Shown: positions 49,201 through 59,106 of the stretch, piece after piece
How positions within the stretch are numbered: position 1 is the first letter of the stretch
Layout: every line of letters begins with the position of its first letter
Assembly: GCF_037042905.1 (NCBI RefSeq)
Contig: NC_087247.1
Coordinates: 27,838,001 to 27,902,000, forward strand
Source of the DNA: Lytechinus pictus
Lineage: Eukaryota
Length of the DNA: 64,000 nt
Reading direction: 5' to 3'
Made by a program: the position numbers and the translations under genes
The notes under the pieces: model-generated
The model's input: only the letters and a program-made list of their open reading frames with translations
What the model was told of the DNA's origin: nothing
Database searches by the model: none

Positions 49201-51943
49201 ATTGTATTATGAGAAATAACTTAAAAAAACATCCTCAAAATGTTACGTATGGGACATTCCATCCTTGGACAAGACCTAATTTGCATAATTAATTAGATGA
49301 CACCACTTTTTTCCCCCAAAAGTAATAAGATGTTAGGGGGTCCATGTCCCACCTATGACTAAATCTCAGAAGTTTTGTTATTATTTTCTATGAGTTTTTA
49401 AAATTGTCCCATACGTAACGCCCATTTTACCAATTATGCAAATTAGGTGCTCCAAATTAGCATAAAAATGCATATTATCACAGTTTTCCTAATGAAATTT
49501 TAAAATTCAACATTTGGGCTTTCTTACCCCACCAAAGATAACTTCTTAAATTAAAGATGAAATTTTTCCTTCCAGGGTGACCTTTTCTTGGACTTGCCCT
49601 TTATCATTGCATTGCATGGGGATTTTCTGTTTATTTTTTCATTTTATTTTTTAGGTTTCTCTTGAGCATTTAGGGGGGGGGGGACAACATTGCCCTGGGC
49701 CCTGAACCCTCATGTATACAACCTTTTCTCTGGTACAAACCGTGGTGTTTACTCACCCGCAGTGATATTTTTCCTCTGTATTTATCAATATTGTGTGAGC
49801 AAAGTTTCACCATTCCTTCTTCTCCCATTTTCAGGGAGAGGACCATACTGGTTTCGCTGAGGTTACATAAATGGTTGTAAATAACAAAGGCAGTTTCCCA
49901 AGCCCCTTTCACTCTGAATAGTCCATCGTCCTCAAACTTAATCAGGGCAGATACCAGAAGTTCTATGAAAGATAAGATGTATTGTGAGAAAGGCAAGTAA
50001 TAAGCAAATAAAAGTATATTGAATGAATGAACTTAAAATCAATGTGTGTCACAAAAGAAGGCAAACAGCTCTTTTCACATGGGAAACCTAATCCCTTTTA
50101 TAGATTTATGTCAGAAAAAAAAGTTAAATACAGGATAGAATACAGTAGGTGTCTTCACATAATCTTTTGATGAGGCTGTGTTCAACTTTAATATCTTATA
50201 GTATAATGCGACTGTAAGATTTAGAAAGTGTATTTTTTCTTTGAAATATTTAACATGACGTCAGAGACGTTAATTGAGTTGTAGCATCATTTATCTGGGT
50301 CGATAGAGGGCGTTGGAAATTTGCCTTGCCAAGATCGACCAAGATTTAAAGTTCAGCCCGTCGTGACTTTACAGTAGAATTCAAGATAATCGGTACAAGT
50401 CCAATGTTGTAAGTAAAAGGACCTTTATATTTCCGTAATGTAATGTTTAACTGAATATATGGAACCAAAATTAACTCGAGACGATAATTAATTTGTTGTT
50501 AATTTAGCTCATAACTTTGGTGAAAGTGTTTGGAGTTTACGTATAGAATACACGTGTGATAAACGTATATTGACATTGTACATTGATAGGTAATTGGACA
50601 TGCACATGAAGAGTGTTGCGTAATAGCATATCGGTACGGTACTGTGTGGTAATCTCGCACACAGTGCATAGTAGGCTATTCATGTTCAGAGTTGTAAACG
50701 AAATGGAATGTCAAATAAACAAATGTTGTTCTTTGTTAGCTACATTTGGTTCTAGTTGTTGAAAAGGATACAGTATATGTATGAGTTTGGAAATAAGGCA
50801 TTAATGCCAGTTTTTGGTGCATTTTAAAGCCCTGATAATTACAAATAACACATACAGTGAAGGTGAAATGAAAGCCTAGTTATTGGTTTGAGTAAAGTTA
50901 TTGCTAGTCAATAATGCCTCAGAGTATATAGTTTAGAGGCAAGGTAATATTTAAGTATCGTAGTTGATATAAAGGACAAATGAGACAAAGTAAAGGTTTT
51001 GTTTATTTAACCGCATATAGCAAAGTTTATTCAAGGTCATTTGAATACATTGACAGAATTTGATAGGTAAATTTGTTACAGGAAACCAGAATATTTATTT
51101 ATGCAAGATTCAAACGTCACAAATAATTTGTGCAATACATAGACTATTTATTTTATCTCATGCAAGTACATAAATGTAACTGCATATACAGATGCTTATT
51201 ATTTGTTTATATTTTTATGCTACAGATTGAACATGCTCGATGGTATGCTCGATGGTATGCTAGATGGTATGCCCAGATTGTATACTTGATGCATCGTATG
51301 ATAACTGGAAATTCCGCGTCACCGAGTCTTTTGTTTGAGTACTGTCTACTGTCAAGTCACTAGTAGTTATACGTCACAGCGACTGGTGCATGTCATTTAC
51401 ATGTAAATAATTAATGTTCATTTTCAAAGTTATATGTAGGCCTGTAAATACTTACACATGATGAACATTATCATACATTCAAACTATATACACATAATCA
51501 TATAAAAGGCATGGCTAATAAAAGTGATCACTTTGTGCTTTAAAGTGGAATACTTCCATTTACTCCAATAATACTGGTAATGGCTAAAATGTCTTTTCAA
51601 ATATTTTACTTCAAGTTCAAGTTATATTTTTTTTCATGAAATAGAACAATATGCTACACGCACTTTGGGTATATTTTGATTACTTCCCTTAGGGAATAAG
51701 TACAAATAATTGAGATCTTTGTATACTGTTATCTTTGAAGGGTCATCTCTCATTCTGTACAATTATCTCACCAGCTCCACCACTGTCACAGAATTCCTGG
51801 CAAAAATTGGTCTTGTCTCCAGATTTCCAGAAGGCTGCATCCATCTGTTCACAAAGAAGAGCTGCCTTCTGGGTTGTCCAACTTTCTAGCTTTTTAAGAA
51901 CATCAAGAATGTCCCTCATCTTATCAATTTGATTGGGTTCCAT
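1018..51943 (-). CDS. ARM-repeat + TIR-domain (TIR_2-type, SARM1-like architecture) host gene, 3' end off window
   Basis: Eight GT-AG exons join in compatible phases: 51943-51772, 49962-49757, 44740-44530, 43498-43365, 4758-4482, 3855(or 3858)-3770, 2938-2797, 1227-1018 (about 479 codons). ARM motifs LAVHDSNKCK|ILEAGGLPLLVKML and AAANTIWNLAF; TIR motifs HIMISYQW, VWLDVDHMHGSTLQAMAEAVE, SPNCRTEAEYA, IIPVMME, PDGWLGLILG. In-frame TAG upstream of the ATG. Confidence 0.88.
2797..2938 (-). CDS. ARM-TIR gene, coding exon 7 (TIR core)
   Basis: TAGYQVWLDVDHMHGSTLQAMAEAVEKSYIVLMCISERYKESPNCRT|gtatgt. Confidence 0.9.
3770..3855 (-). CDS. ARM-TIR gene, coding exon 6 (TIR start)
   Basis: KHIMISYQWGSQPIVLKIRDNLR|gtaagt; tandem NAGNAG acceptor (3858 or 3855). 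Confidence 0.88.
4482..4758 (-). CDS. ARM-TIR gene, coding exon 5
   Basis: caacag|ILEAGGLPLLVKML...AAKGALW...MQ|gtaaga; phase 0 to 1; completes the ARM repeat begun at 43365. Confidence 0.9.
5573..7931 (+). CDS. KolX-like protein: acidic N-terminus + P2X7 cytoplasmic ballast-like Zn-binding Cys domain, 256 aa, 3 exons
   Basis: Exons 5573-5937, 6983-7219, 7763-7931 (771 nt, GT-AG, open). WCLCGGHC...CCREIPEV...CLTTTEAF...YRYVAYRKVVRWCWGFLGKDIRVQLPACIHSKIMRAYPDGAGIYKG follows the P2X7 C-terminal pattern WCxCG..CC..C..RHxAYR..W..LPSC..IR..FP..YxG. Confidence 0.88.
9335..9527. mobile_element. 193-bp MITE with 4-bp TSD (Sola2-like ends)
   Basis: TACA|GGGCAATTCTATAAAAT ... ATTTTATGGAATTGCCC|TACA. 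Confidence 0.65.
13293..14600 (-). CDS. Kolobok transposase exons 8-10 (catalytic E and C-terminus)
   Basis: 14600-14429, 14104-13956, 13468-13293: QTSSVEAFHS..WCPK, LAALHWNEN, PPL..RPSKAEA..HRRF, stop TAG at 13295-13293. Confidence 0.88.
13293..41450 (-). CDS. Kolobok THAP-DDE transposase, 877 aa, 10 coding exons, frame intact
   Basis: Exons 41450-40725, 39713-39603, 38389-38311, 37716-37473, 37188-36648, 36350-36164, 35832-35584, 14600-14429, 14104-13956, 13468-13293 (2634 nt), all GT-AG and phase-compatible. THAP: CMVMHC..W..VCSLHF..AIPHI. Core motifs GDGRSDSPGH, VTDRH, YDVWH, QTSSVEAFHS, LAALHWNEN. Confidence 0.9.
16560..19140 (+). pseudogene. Degenerate non-LTR retrotransposon (Ingi/Vingi-like endonuclease-RT)
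   Basis: Frameshifted fragments HTQHRPIGL..TVPFHRRF, MDMTHYSRKARKTI, WWRQKNG, FHLNNRDADRKL, LNAACRAISDC. Boundaries approximate. Confidence 0.7.
19152..19307. mobile_element. Palindromic MITE with CTG TSD (Harbinger-like)
   Basis: ctg|gggcccgtttcataaag ... ctttatgaaacggaccc|ctg. Related older MITEs at about 1305-1572, 1990-2150, 2213-2349, 3546-3745 and 46296-46424. Confidence 0.75.
19960..20690 (-). pseudogene. Second Ingi/Vingi-like 3' fragment, opposite orientation
   Basis: LNGACRAITGCL..LYLLCIIAPPYVRR..RLKSRHSF; TALALCFSTAEYAA upstream. Boundaries approximate. Confidence 0.7.
21105..21760 (-). pseudogene. CR1/L2-group LINE 3' fragment (RT C-terminus)
   Basis: YLGVTVSSDLRWNKH..KASRTLG; LEQVQRSAARFV..TRHDH..SFYPRTIRNWNNLP. 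Confidence 0.8.
22205..22405 (+). mobile_element. Degenerate tRNA-derived SINE
   Basis: A-box-like TAGCTCAGTCGATAGAGC and B-box-like GATTTGATTCCC, followed by a non-tRNA body. Confidence 0.5.
23130..23731. mobile_element. Kolobok-type MITE, about 600 bp, largely palindromic
   Basis: TIR AGGGATGGTCCAGGCTG, flanks TGAA / TTAA, inverted internal blocks. Confidence 0.75.
25075..28710. repeat. 180-bp tandem satellite, about 20 monomers, with higher-order repeats
   Basis: Exact 180-bp period 26101-28440; variant pattern recurs every 720 bp (26281, 27001, 27721); 343-bp dimer at 25266, 25609, 25952. Confidence 0.95.
32210..32825. repeat. Degenerate (CAT/ATC)n microsatellite
   Basis: Runs of catcatcat/attatc; gives spurious I/H-rich and M/D-rich ORFs. 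Confidence 0.85.
33548..33712. mobile_element. Palindromic MITE, same family as 34365-34525
   Basis: cctcggtcatatttgctctacggcggccg ... cggccgtcatagagcaaaaatgaccgagg. Confidence 0.7.
34365..34525. mobile_element. Palindromic MITE with TAA TSD (Harbinger-like)
   Basis: taa|taccttggtcacatttgct ... agcaaatgtgacgaaggtg|taa. Confidence 0.75.
35584..37188 (-). CDS. Kolobok transposase exons 5-7 (catalytic D, D region)
   Basis: 37188-36648, 36350-36164, 35832-35584: KFIVFESNL, GDGRSDSPGHCAKYGSY, SNAMELEGL, VTDRH, SINNHVYW. Confidence 0.9.
40725..41450 (-). CDS. Kolobok transposase exon 1 (THAP zinc finger)
   Basis: C2CH THAP signature; donor gtgagt at 40724, phase 0. Confidence 0.85.
42447..42670. 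repeat. Penelope-like inverted pseudo-LTR palindrome with hammerhead-like cores
   Basis: 103-bp arms (42447-42549, 42568-42670), 2 mismatches, 18-nt loop; CTGAAGA-A-GACGT(gggattt)ACGTC-GAAA-ATTT-GG at 42578-42612 and mirrored on the minus strand. Confidence 0.7.
43365..43498 (-). CDS. ARM-TIR gene, coding exon 4
   Basis: tttacag|DTLEYLV...LGRLAVHDSNKCK|gtaaat; phase 1 to 0. Confidence 0.87.
43744..44305 (+). mobile_element. Probable Helentron-associated (DINE-1/HINE-like) repeat, degenerate
   Basis: Starts AACAAG, has internal tandem units (ttgacc..catgtgacc..aagtttcatgaa) and a GC-rich 3' segment. Confidence 0.4.
44530..44740 (-). CDS. ARM-TIR gene, coding exon 3
   Basis: DIQSLIRVSLSILCNMS...TLAYII...EA|gtaaag; phase 0 to 1. 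Confidence 0.85.
47215..47508. mobile_element. MITE, about 290 bp
   Basis: TTAATCAGGTCAAGATCACACTTTTC ... GAAAAGTGTGATCTTGACCCGATTAA. Confidence 0.7.
48258..49600. mobile_element. 1.34-kb non-autonomous TIR element with reiterated internal motif
   Basis: TIR A(A/G)GGCAAGTCCAAGAA, TTA on both flanks; at least 8 copies of GTTACGTATGGGACA in both orientations. Confidence 0.7.
49757..49962 (-). CDS. ARM-TIR gene, coding exon 2
   Basis: tttcatag|..ELLVSALIK...NLSETS...ISLR|gtgagt; phase 1 to 0. Confidence 0.8.
50213..51378 (+). mobile_element. Solo LTR, 1166 bp (BEL/Pao-like), in a host intron
   Basis: TGT...ACA ends with perfect 5-bp TSD GCGAC (50208-50212, 51379-51383); internal splice-like signals on the plus strand. 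Confidence 0.75.
51772..51943 (-). CDS. ARM-TIR gene, first coding exon
   Basis: Acceptor ttttcag just before 51979; MEPNQIDK...DSGGA; donor gtgaga, phase 1. Confidence 0.7.
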
Positions 51944-52029
51944 CTGGCTTTCTGGCTAATTTTCACCTATATCGAATACCTGAAAATACAAAAACCAATT
52001 AAAATTTACTATCAAATTTGTAAAAAAAT

Positions 52030-52525
52030 CCTTTTTGTTTCATTCATTCTTTCTTTCTTTAAACTTTTCTCTGCTTCCTTCTCCCTTCCTCTTCGTTTTT
52101 TTTCTCTCCTATTACTTTCTTTCTTTTTTCATTCTCTCCTCCCTTCATTCTTTCCTCCCTCACTTCATCCTTTCATTCTTTATTCTCTTTTTAATTCCTT
52201 TCCCTTATTATTTCTTCCCATCCCATTCCTTCCTTCCTCCCTTCCTGTTTTTCTTCTTTCTTTGTTTCTTTCAAAAGCAAACTTTTTTTTCCTTAATTCT
52301 TTCTTTCTTCCTCTTTTTTTTCTTACTTTCTTTTTTATCCTTTATTTTTTCTTTCACACATTTATTTATCCATCTTCCCTTCCTTTCTTCATTCATTTCA
52401 AAGAATGAATGACGGAAATCTTTTTTCTTTCTTTTTTCCTTCATTTTCCCCTTCCATTTTTTTCTTTCTTTCCCCTCAATTTATCTCTCCTTCATTCTTT
52501 CGGTCAATCTCCCTTCCTTTTCTTT
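52030..52525. repeat. CT-rich low-complexity tract
   Basis: Nearly pure pyrimidine on the plus strand. Confidence 0.85.
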
Positions 52526-53533
52526 ACAACATTGTGTAAATATTGATGGACTCTGAGTCTAGCCTTCTAAGTTCTATGTTGATTTTTTTATCAAGTCAGA
52601 CCTGGCTCCGTCAATCCGGCTTGCCTTGGTCGTTCCGCTCGTGCAGCGTGCTTTGTCGATTGTCCCGTAATCCGTATTTCATTTTGTGAAATCTGGTCAC
52701 CCTGGCCTGGGCCTGGTCTTATGCTGGTGGCTGGCCCTGGTTGGGCTACCGTACCACATTATTTTATATAGATCTAGCTAGTTTAACAACTTTAAGTGAG
52801 AATATAAATTCCTAACGTAACGTAAAGTAAAACTAAGTAAACTGTCTGACCTACCGTTTACTGCGGCAGCCCGAACACGTAGGATGGGGGATCGGGTGTC
52901 CGGACACTTTATATTTTTGAAGCCTTCTTTTTTGTCTTAAGAGTTAAGATTACACTAAAAATATGAATTCAATAGTTGTAATCATCTTCTATTTTGTTCT
53001 CTATAATATTTTCTAAAATTTTGTACTAAAATTTGATGAAACTTCGCTTGTAATTTTTTCCAAATGACTTTCTAAAATTGATCGTCCGGACACACAACCT
53101 GTCCGGACACACAACAACTGGGTAGGCCTATACTAGACGTGTCGAGGTCCCCGGGGCAAACCTACCGTAAAAATGGGTAATATAACATGAATAATGGAGC
53201 TAAGCCCGGGCCTAGCCTAGGCTGACAAATCAATATTTTTAAACTTCTTATTATTTATTATCAAAGTAAACTCAAACAATAACAATAAAAACACACCTGC
53301 TGACCCCTCCTGTACTGTAACGTTAGTAGCTGTAAACCCAAGTTGACCATAGGCATAGGCCTAATCAATCAAGCGGTCGGTAGCCTATGTCAAGTGAGCC
53401 AACAATAAGCCAGCCAACAGCAAGCCAGCCAACAGTTCCAGCCAACAATATCGCGATATAAGATAGATCAGATACAGGATTTTGCGCAAGAAGAGAAGCG
53501 TGCATTCTTGTAGAAATCAAACAAACGGGGTCA

Positions 53534-53998
53534 GGGCTACACGGGCCTAATCACTAGTGGCAGGCCATAGATATTCATTCGAGCCAACCCATTGCCATTT
53601 TTTTTAATTTTGATATGGCTGATTGACAAAGTGTATGCATATGATTTTCCATCTAACACTGATTCTATTTTTGGTAATTACTGAACTTCCTTTTCCCAAA
53701 TTGGAAAGAAATATCACCAATTTTGGACTGTATTTTGACTGGCGGAAGGATTAGGGCTATTTTGCTGTTTGAGGTGATGAATCTGCTCCCCCCGACGCTG
53801 TCTTCAAACACGCCAATTTATTTTTAAAATGAGCCAGTCGAAGGACCCTTTTCTGGTCAGATATGGATTGCCAGATATATATCCTATCCACTGGTAGTAA
53901 ACATTCGACCCCCGAATTTCATCCTTATTTTTTATGAATTTTTTAAAGTGCCAATTTAACACACGAGTCTATGGGGAATGAATTAGGCCTGTGAGACC
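53534..53998. mobile_element. 465-bp MITE in the left foldback arm
   Basis: TCA TSD (53531-53533, 53999-54001); imperfect TIR ..CACGGGCCTAAT; absent from the right arm. Confidence 0.7.
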
Positions 53999-54001
53999 TC
54001 A

Positions 54002-55345
54002 GGTGGGATTTCCCTTCTTTCAATTTGTAAAGAAAAACAACGGGCTAGTGCTTTAGTTTTAGTAGCCCACACCCCTATATACTCGATGTTTTTTCGTATA
54101 TTGAGGAGTAAATTTCAACTAAAAGTCCTCTTTATAAAATACAATTGGAAGATTGCTCCTGAAATATATTTTGGGTGTGTGTAGGGGGGTTTCCCTTCTT
54201 TCAATTTGTAAAGAAAAACAACGGGCTAGTGCTTTAGTTAATTTAGTAGCCCACACCCCTATATACTCGATGTTTTTTCGTATATTGAGGAGTAAATTTC
54301 AACTAAAAGTCCTCTTTATAAAATACAATTGGAAGATTGCTCCTGAAATATATTTTGGGTATGTGTAGGGGGGTTTCCCTTCTTTCAATTTGTAAAGAAA
54401 AACAACGGGCTAGTGCTTTAGTTTTAGTAGCCCACACCCCTATATACTCGATGTTTTTTCGTATATTGAGGAGTAAATTTCAACTAAAAGTCCTCTTTAT
54501 AAAATACAATTGGAAGATTGCTCCTGAAATATATTTTGGGTGTGTGTAGGGGGGTTTCCCTTCTTTCAATTTGTAAAGAAAAACAACGGGCTAGTGCTTT
54601 AGTTTTAGTAGCCCACACCCCTATATACTCGATGTTTTTTCGTATATTGAGGAGTAAATTTCAACCAAAAGTCCTCTTTATAAAATACAATTGGAAGATT
54701 GCTCCTGAAATATATTTTGGGTGTGTGTAGGGGGGTTTCCCTTCTTTCAATTTGTAAAGAAAAACAACGGGCTAGTGCTTTAGTTTTAGTAGCCCACACC
54801 CCTATATACTCGATGTTTTTTCGTATATTGAGGAGTAAATTTCAACTAAAAGTCCTCTTTATAAAATACAATTGGAAGATTGCTCCTGAAATATATTTTT
54901 GGTGTGTGTAGGGGGGTTTCCCTTCTTTCAATTTGTAAAGAAAAACAACGGGCTTGTGCTTTAGTTTTAGTAGCCCACACCCCTATATACTCGATGTTTT
55001 TTCGTATATTGAGGAGTAAATTTCAACTAAAAGTCCTCTTTATAAAATACAATTGGAATATTGCTCCTGAAATTTATTTTGGGTGTGTGTAGGGGGGGTT
55101 TCCCTTCTTTCAATTTGTAAACAAAAACAACGGGCTAGTGCTTTAGTTTTAGTACCCCGCACCCCTATATATACTCTATGTTTCTTCCGTATATTGAAGA
55201 GTAATCTAGAATGAATTTTCTTTCTGATAAAGATTGATTGGAAGATTGCTCCTAAATCAAATTTCGGGTGTGTGAAGGGGAGTTTCCCCTTCTTTCAATT
55301 TGTAAACAAAAACAAATAGTTAGTGCTTTACTTTTATTAGCCCAT
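54002..55345 (+). repeat. 181-bp satellite array, left arm, about 7 monomers
   Basis: Period 181 (repeated ORFs at 54337, 54518, 54699, 54880); degenerates inward. Confidence 0.95.
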
Positions 55346-56006
55346 TACAGACGTTTAGCGAAAAATGTCAAGGCTTATTAAGCTCCCCCCCTCCTCCTCG
55401 GGCTAGATAGGGTTAAGGGGGCTACGGCCTTCTCCACCATTAACCCCACTTATTTTTGTTTTGAAGCAAGATAATACGCGAAAAAGAGCATTGTGAAACA
55501 GAAATATAATTCGCACTGTATAGGCTTTTTAAGTGGTGTATAATGCAAATTAACTTTCAATACCCAAGAAATTTTCTCGCTTGGTCACTTGTTTCTATAG
55601 CTGTTATTCTGACTCTCTTTTGTTATCAACACTGGCGTACAGATGGAGAGGGGGATGGCTTTTGTGGGCTGGAGCCCTCATAAATTCCAACCATTTTTTT
55701 TTCAATTCCCTCGAAGTTATATACAAAAAATATGAATTTATATATATACACTACTCAAAAAAAGTTAAGGACCACTTTTTAAAACGTACATAAAGATTTT
55801 ATACAAGGTGTTTTATTCCTGGAAATACCTCAGTACAACTGTCCTAAATGTCCTTAAACACGCTGTAATCAATTTCACGCATGGGTGGTTTCAGTTGTTG
55901 CACAATGTCTCTCGCATCACTGCACATCCTGAAAAGTGGGCCCCGAGGGGTATCAGCTACCGACATGAAGTGGTAAAAACGAATGTCTGAGTGTCTTTCA
56001 GGCAGT

Positions 56007-57039
56007 TCAGTAACGAGTGTGACCACCTCCTGCAGCAATAACGGCTTCACAGCGCTGTCTCATGGAGCTGATGAGGCGATTGATGTCTCTGACGTCCAGT
56101 GCATCCCATGCAGCCTCCAGAGCCACACCCAGCTGCTGCAGTCCAAGTGGATGGGCTTCGAGCTGCTCGAGACTCCTCCCCATCATGTCCCAGACGTGCT
56201 CTATCGGGTTTAAGTCCGGGGACCTCGCTGGCCACTCCATACGCTCAATCCCCTGGCCCTCAAGGAACTCGGTCACCACCCTAGCTCGGTGGGCACGGGC
56301 ATTGTCATCCATGAAAATGATGTTTTGTCCCACATTTTCTGCAAATGGCACCACTATAGGTTCAAGGACCTCATCCCTGTACCTCACGTACTCCTGTCAT
56401 TGCTCCCCCTGGGACCACGTAGAGACGAGTACGGTTGGCGTAGGTGATGCCTCCCCACACCATGACGCTGCCTCCCCCATAACGGTCATGTTCTGCAATA
56501 CAGGGGTCTGCAAATCTCTCTCCTGGTCGCCTCCAGACTCTCGAACGTCCATCATTGTGGTCAAGGGAAAATCTGCTCTCATCTGTGAACAGAACTCTAC
56601 GCCATTGCTGTCTGGTCCATCTGACATGCTCCCGGGCCCAGTTGAGACGAATTCTTCTGTGAGCAGGGGTGAGTGGGACACACTGAGCTGGCCGTCTGGC
56701 ATGCATATTGGCTCTGTGAAGTCGGTTACGGATTGTTTGAGTGGAAACAATCACTCCAGTTGCTGCAGCGAAGTCATTGTTGAGGCGGCGTGCACTGTGA
56801 AAGCGGTTGCGGAGGCTGAGATTCGTCAAGTAGCGATCATCTCTAGGGGTTGTCGAAACTGGTCGGCCACTGCGGGGTCTCTCGGAGTATAGCCCTGTCT
56901 CTCGGTGTCTTTGATTTGCTCTGCTAATGACACTGTGTGACACGCCCATCATTCTGGCTACTCTTCGCTGACTGAGGCCAGCTTCCAGCATCCCTAGGGC
57001 TCTGGCTACATCTTTTTCACTTAGGTGGTGTCTTGGCAT
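56007..57039 (-). pseudogene. Tc1 DD34E transposase, full length, one frameshift
   Basis: MPRHHLS..HTH..RSGRP, FTDESRF, VMVWGGI, DDNARAH-(34 aa)-SPDLNPIEHVW, GGHTRY; frameshift near 56385. Confidence 0.92.
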
Positions 57040-57080
57040 TGCTGTTGTAGGCAAGTTGTTGATTGTACAGACTAAAGACG

Positions 57081-58034
57081 GAATGATGGGCGTGTCACAC
57101 AGTGTCATTAGCAGAGCAAATCAAAGACACCGAGAGACAGGGCTATACTCCGAGAGACCCCGCAGTGGCCGACCAGTTTCGACAACCCCTAGAGATGATC
57201 GCTACTTGACGAATCTCAGCCTCCGCAACCGCTTTCACAGTGCACGCCGCCTCAACAATGACTTCGCTGCAGCAACTGGAGTGATTGTTTCCACTCAAAC
57301 AATCCGTAACCGACTTCACAGAGCCAATATGCATGCCAGACGGCCAGCTCAGTGTGTCCCACTCACCCCTGCTCACAGAAGAATTCGTCTCAACTGGGCC
57401 CGGGAGCATGTCAGATGGACCAGACAGCAATGGCGTAGAGTTCTGTTCACAGATGAGAGCAGATTTTCCCTTGACCACAATGATGGACGTTCGAGAGTCT
57501 GGAGGCGACCAGGAGAGAGATTTGCAGACCCCTGTATTGCAGAACATGACCGTTATGGGGGAGGCAGCGTCATGGTGTGGGGAGGCATCACCTACGCCAA
57601 CCGTACTCGTCTCTACGTGGTCCCAGGGGGAGCAATGACAGGAGTACGTGAGGTACAGGGATGATCGGGTCCTTGAACCTATAGTGGTGCCATTTGCAGA
57701 AAATGTGGGACAAAACATCATTTTCATGGATGACAATGCCCGTGCCCACCGAGCTAGGGTGGTGACCGAGTTCCTTGAGGGCCAGGGGATTGAGCGTATG
57801 GAGTGGCCAGCGAGGTCCCCGGACTTAAACCCGATAGAGCACGTCTGGGACATGATGGGGAGGAGTCTCGAGCAGCTCGAAGCCCATCCACTTGGACTGC
57901 AGCAGCTGGGTGTGGCTCTGATGGAGGCTGCATGGGATGCACTGGACGTCAGAGACATCAATCGCCTCATCAGCTCCATGAGACAGCGCTGTGAAGCCGT
58001 TATTGCTGCAGGAGGTGGTCACACTCGTTACTGA
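57081..58034 (+). pseudogene. Tc1 DD34E transposase, 5'-truncated inverted copy, same frameshift
   Basis: Starts at MMGVSHS; same frameshift near 57645; two extra 3-bp insertions. Confidence 0.92.
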
Positions 58035-59106
58035 ACTGCCTGAAAGACACTCAGACATTCGTTTTTACCACTTCATGTCGGTAGCTGATACCCCTCGGGT
58101 CCCTCTTTTCAGGATGTGCAGTGATGCGAGAGACATTGTGCAACAACTGAAACCACCCATGCGTGAAATTGATTACAGCGTGTTTAAGGACATTTAGGAC
58201 AGTTGTACTGAGGTATTTCCAGAAATAAAACACCTTGTATAAAATCTTTATGTACGTTTTAAAAAGTGGTCCTTAACTTTTTTTGAGTAGTGTATATGTA
58301 TATATGTCCGTGTGAGGGTGTGTCAGTGTGATGGTGTGTGTTTGTGTGTGTGTGTGTGTACGCGCACTTGCCACTTGTTAATACAAACGTATTGAAGGAA
58401 TTAGGGAACTCGCTCCACATACCCGAAATTTCTTTATGGATCAATCTTCCCAGGAGGGTGGGATCACTATTTTTTTTTTACTTTAGGACTAGCCCCTTGT
58501 TTGTAAGTTCCCTAGATTGCAAATATGTGAAACCCCCTACAAACAACTGAAAGCTCTACCAGGAGCAATCTTTCTATTTGCTTTCAACAGGCAATCTTTT
58601 TCCATTATATCATTCTCAATATTTTTAAAACATCGAGTATATTATAGGAGTGCGGGCAACTAAACAAATCAGCCCTAGCCCTTCTTAGTATCCAAAAATT
58701 GAAATGAGGTTTCATAAACTTCCTACAAACAACCGAATGGTCTTCTAGGAGCTATATTTCCGTTTGCTATCAGGAGGTTTTTTAATTTTATTTAATCCCC
58801 AATTACTGTCAACACTAAAATAAGGACAAAACAAGGATATAAATAATATATAGGAGTGTGGGCTACTGAAATGTAGGCACTAACCCCCCCCCCCCTTTAT
58901 AAACGAATTGACAGAAGGGAAACTCCCCTCCACAAACACCCGAAATTTCTTTCAGGGGCAATCTTCACTTTTGCTTTTCAGTCAAGAATACTTTCATTTG
59001 TATTCACCCCTCAATAGTAAAAAAGAAATACTTTTTAAAAGGGCACAAATAATAAGAGAGGGCCAGTGAACCTTATCAAAGGACAAGCCCCTTCATTCTA
59101 TCAATA

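Larger units (their letters stand above)
55749..58292. mobile_element. Palindromic Tc1 derivative: two 3' halves head-to-head
   Basis: TA|CACTACTCAAAAAAAGTTAAGG at both ends; arms 55749-56954 and 57081-58292 nearly identical; 126-bp spacer holds the transposase start. Confidence 0.92.

Noticed and set aside
1018-51943. Assigning the symbol SARM1
   Set aside because: No SAM domains between ARM and TIR, and the TIR motifs differ; orthology cannot be shown here.
51929-52412. F/L-rich membrane-like ORFs
   Set aside because: CT-rich low-complexity DNA.
52855-53170. Non-coding first exon of the ARM-TIR gene
   Set aside because: Two donor-like sites (near 52854 and 53165) but nothing to choose between them; the region has repeat-like GTCCGGACAC motifs.
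56062-57979. 276-aa and 278-aa ORFs, plus 117-aa ORFs
   Set aside because: Antisense or alternative-frame shadows of the Tc1 transposase.
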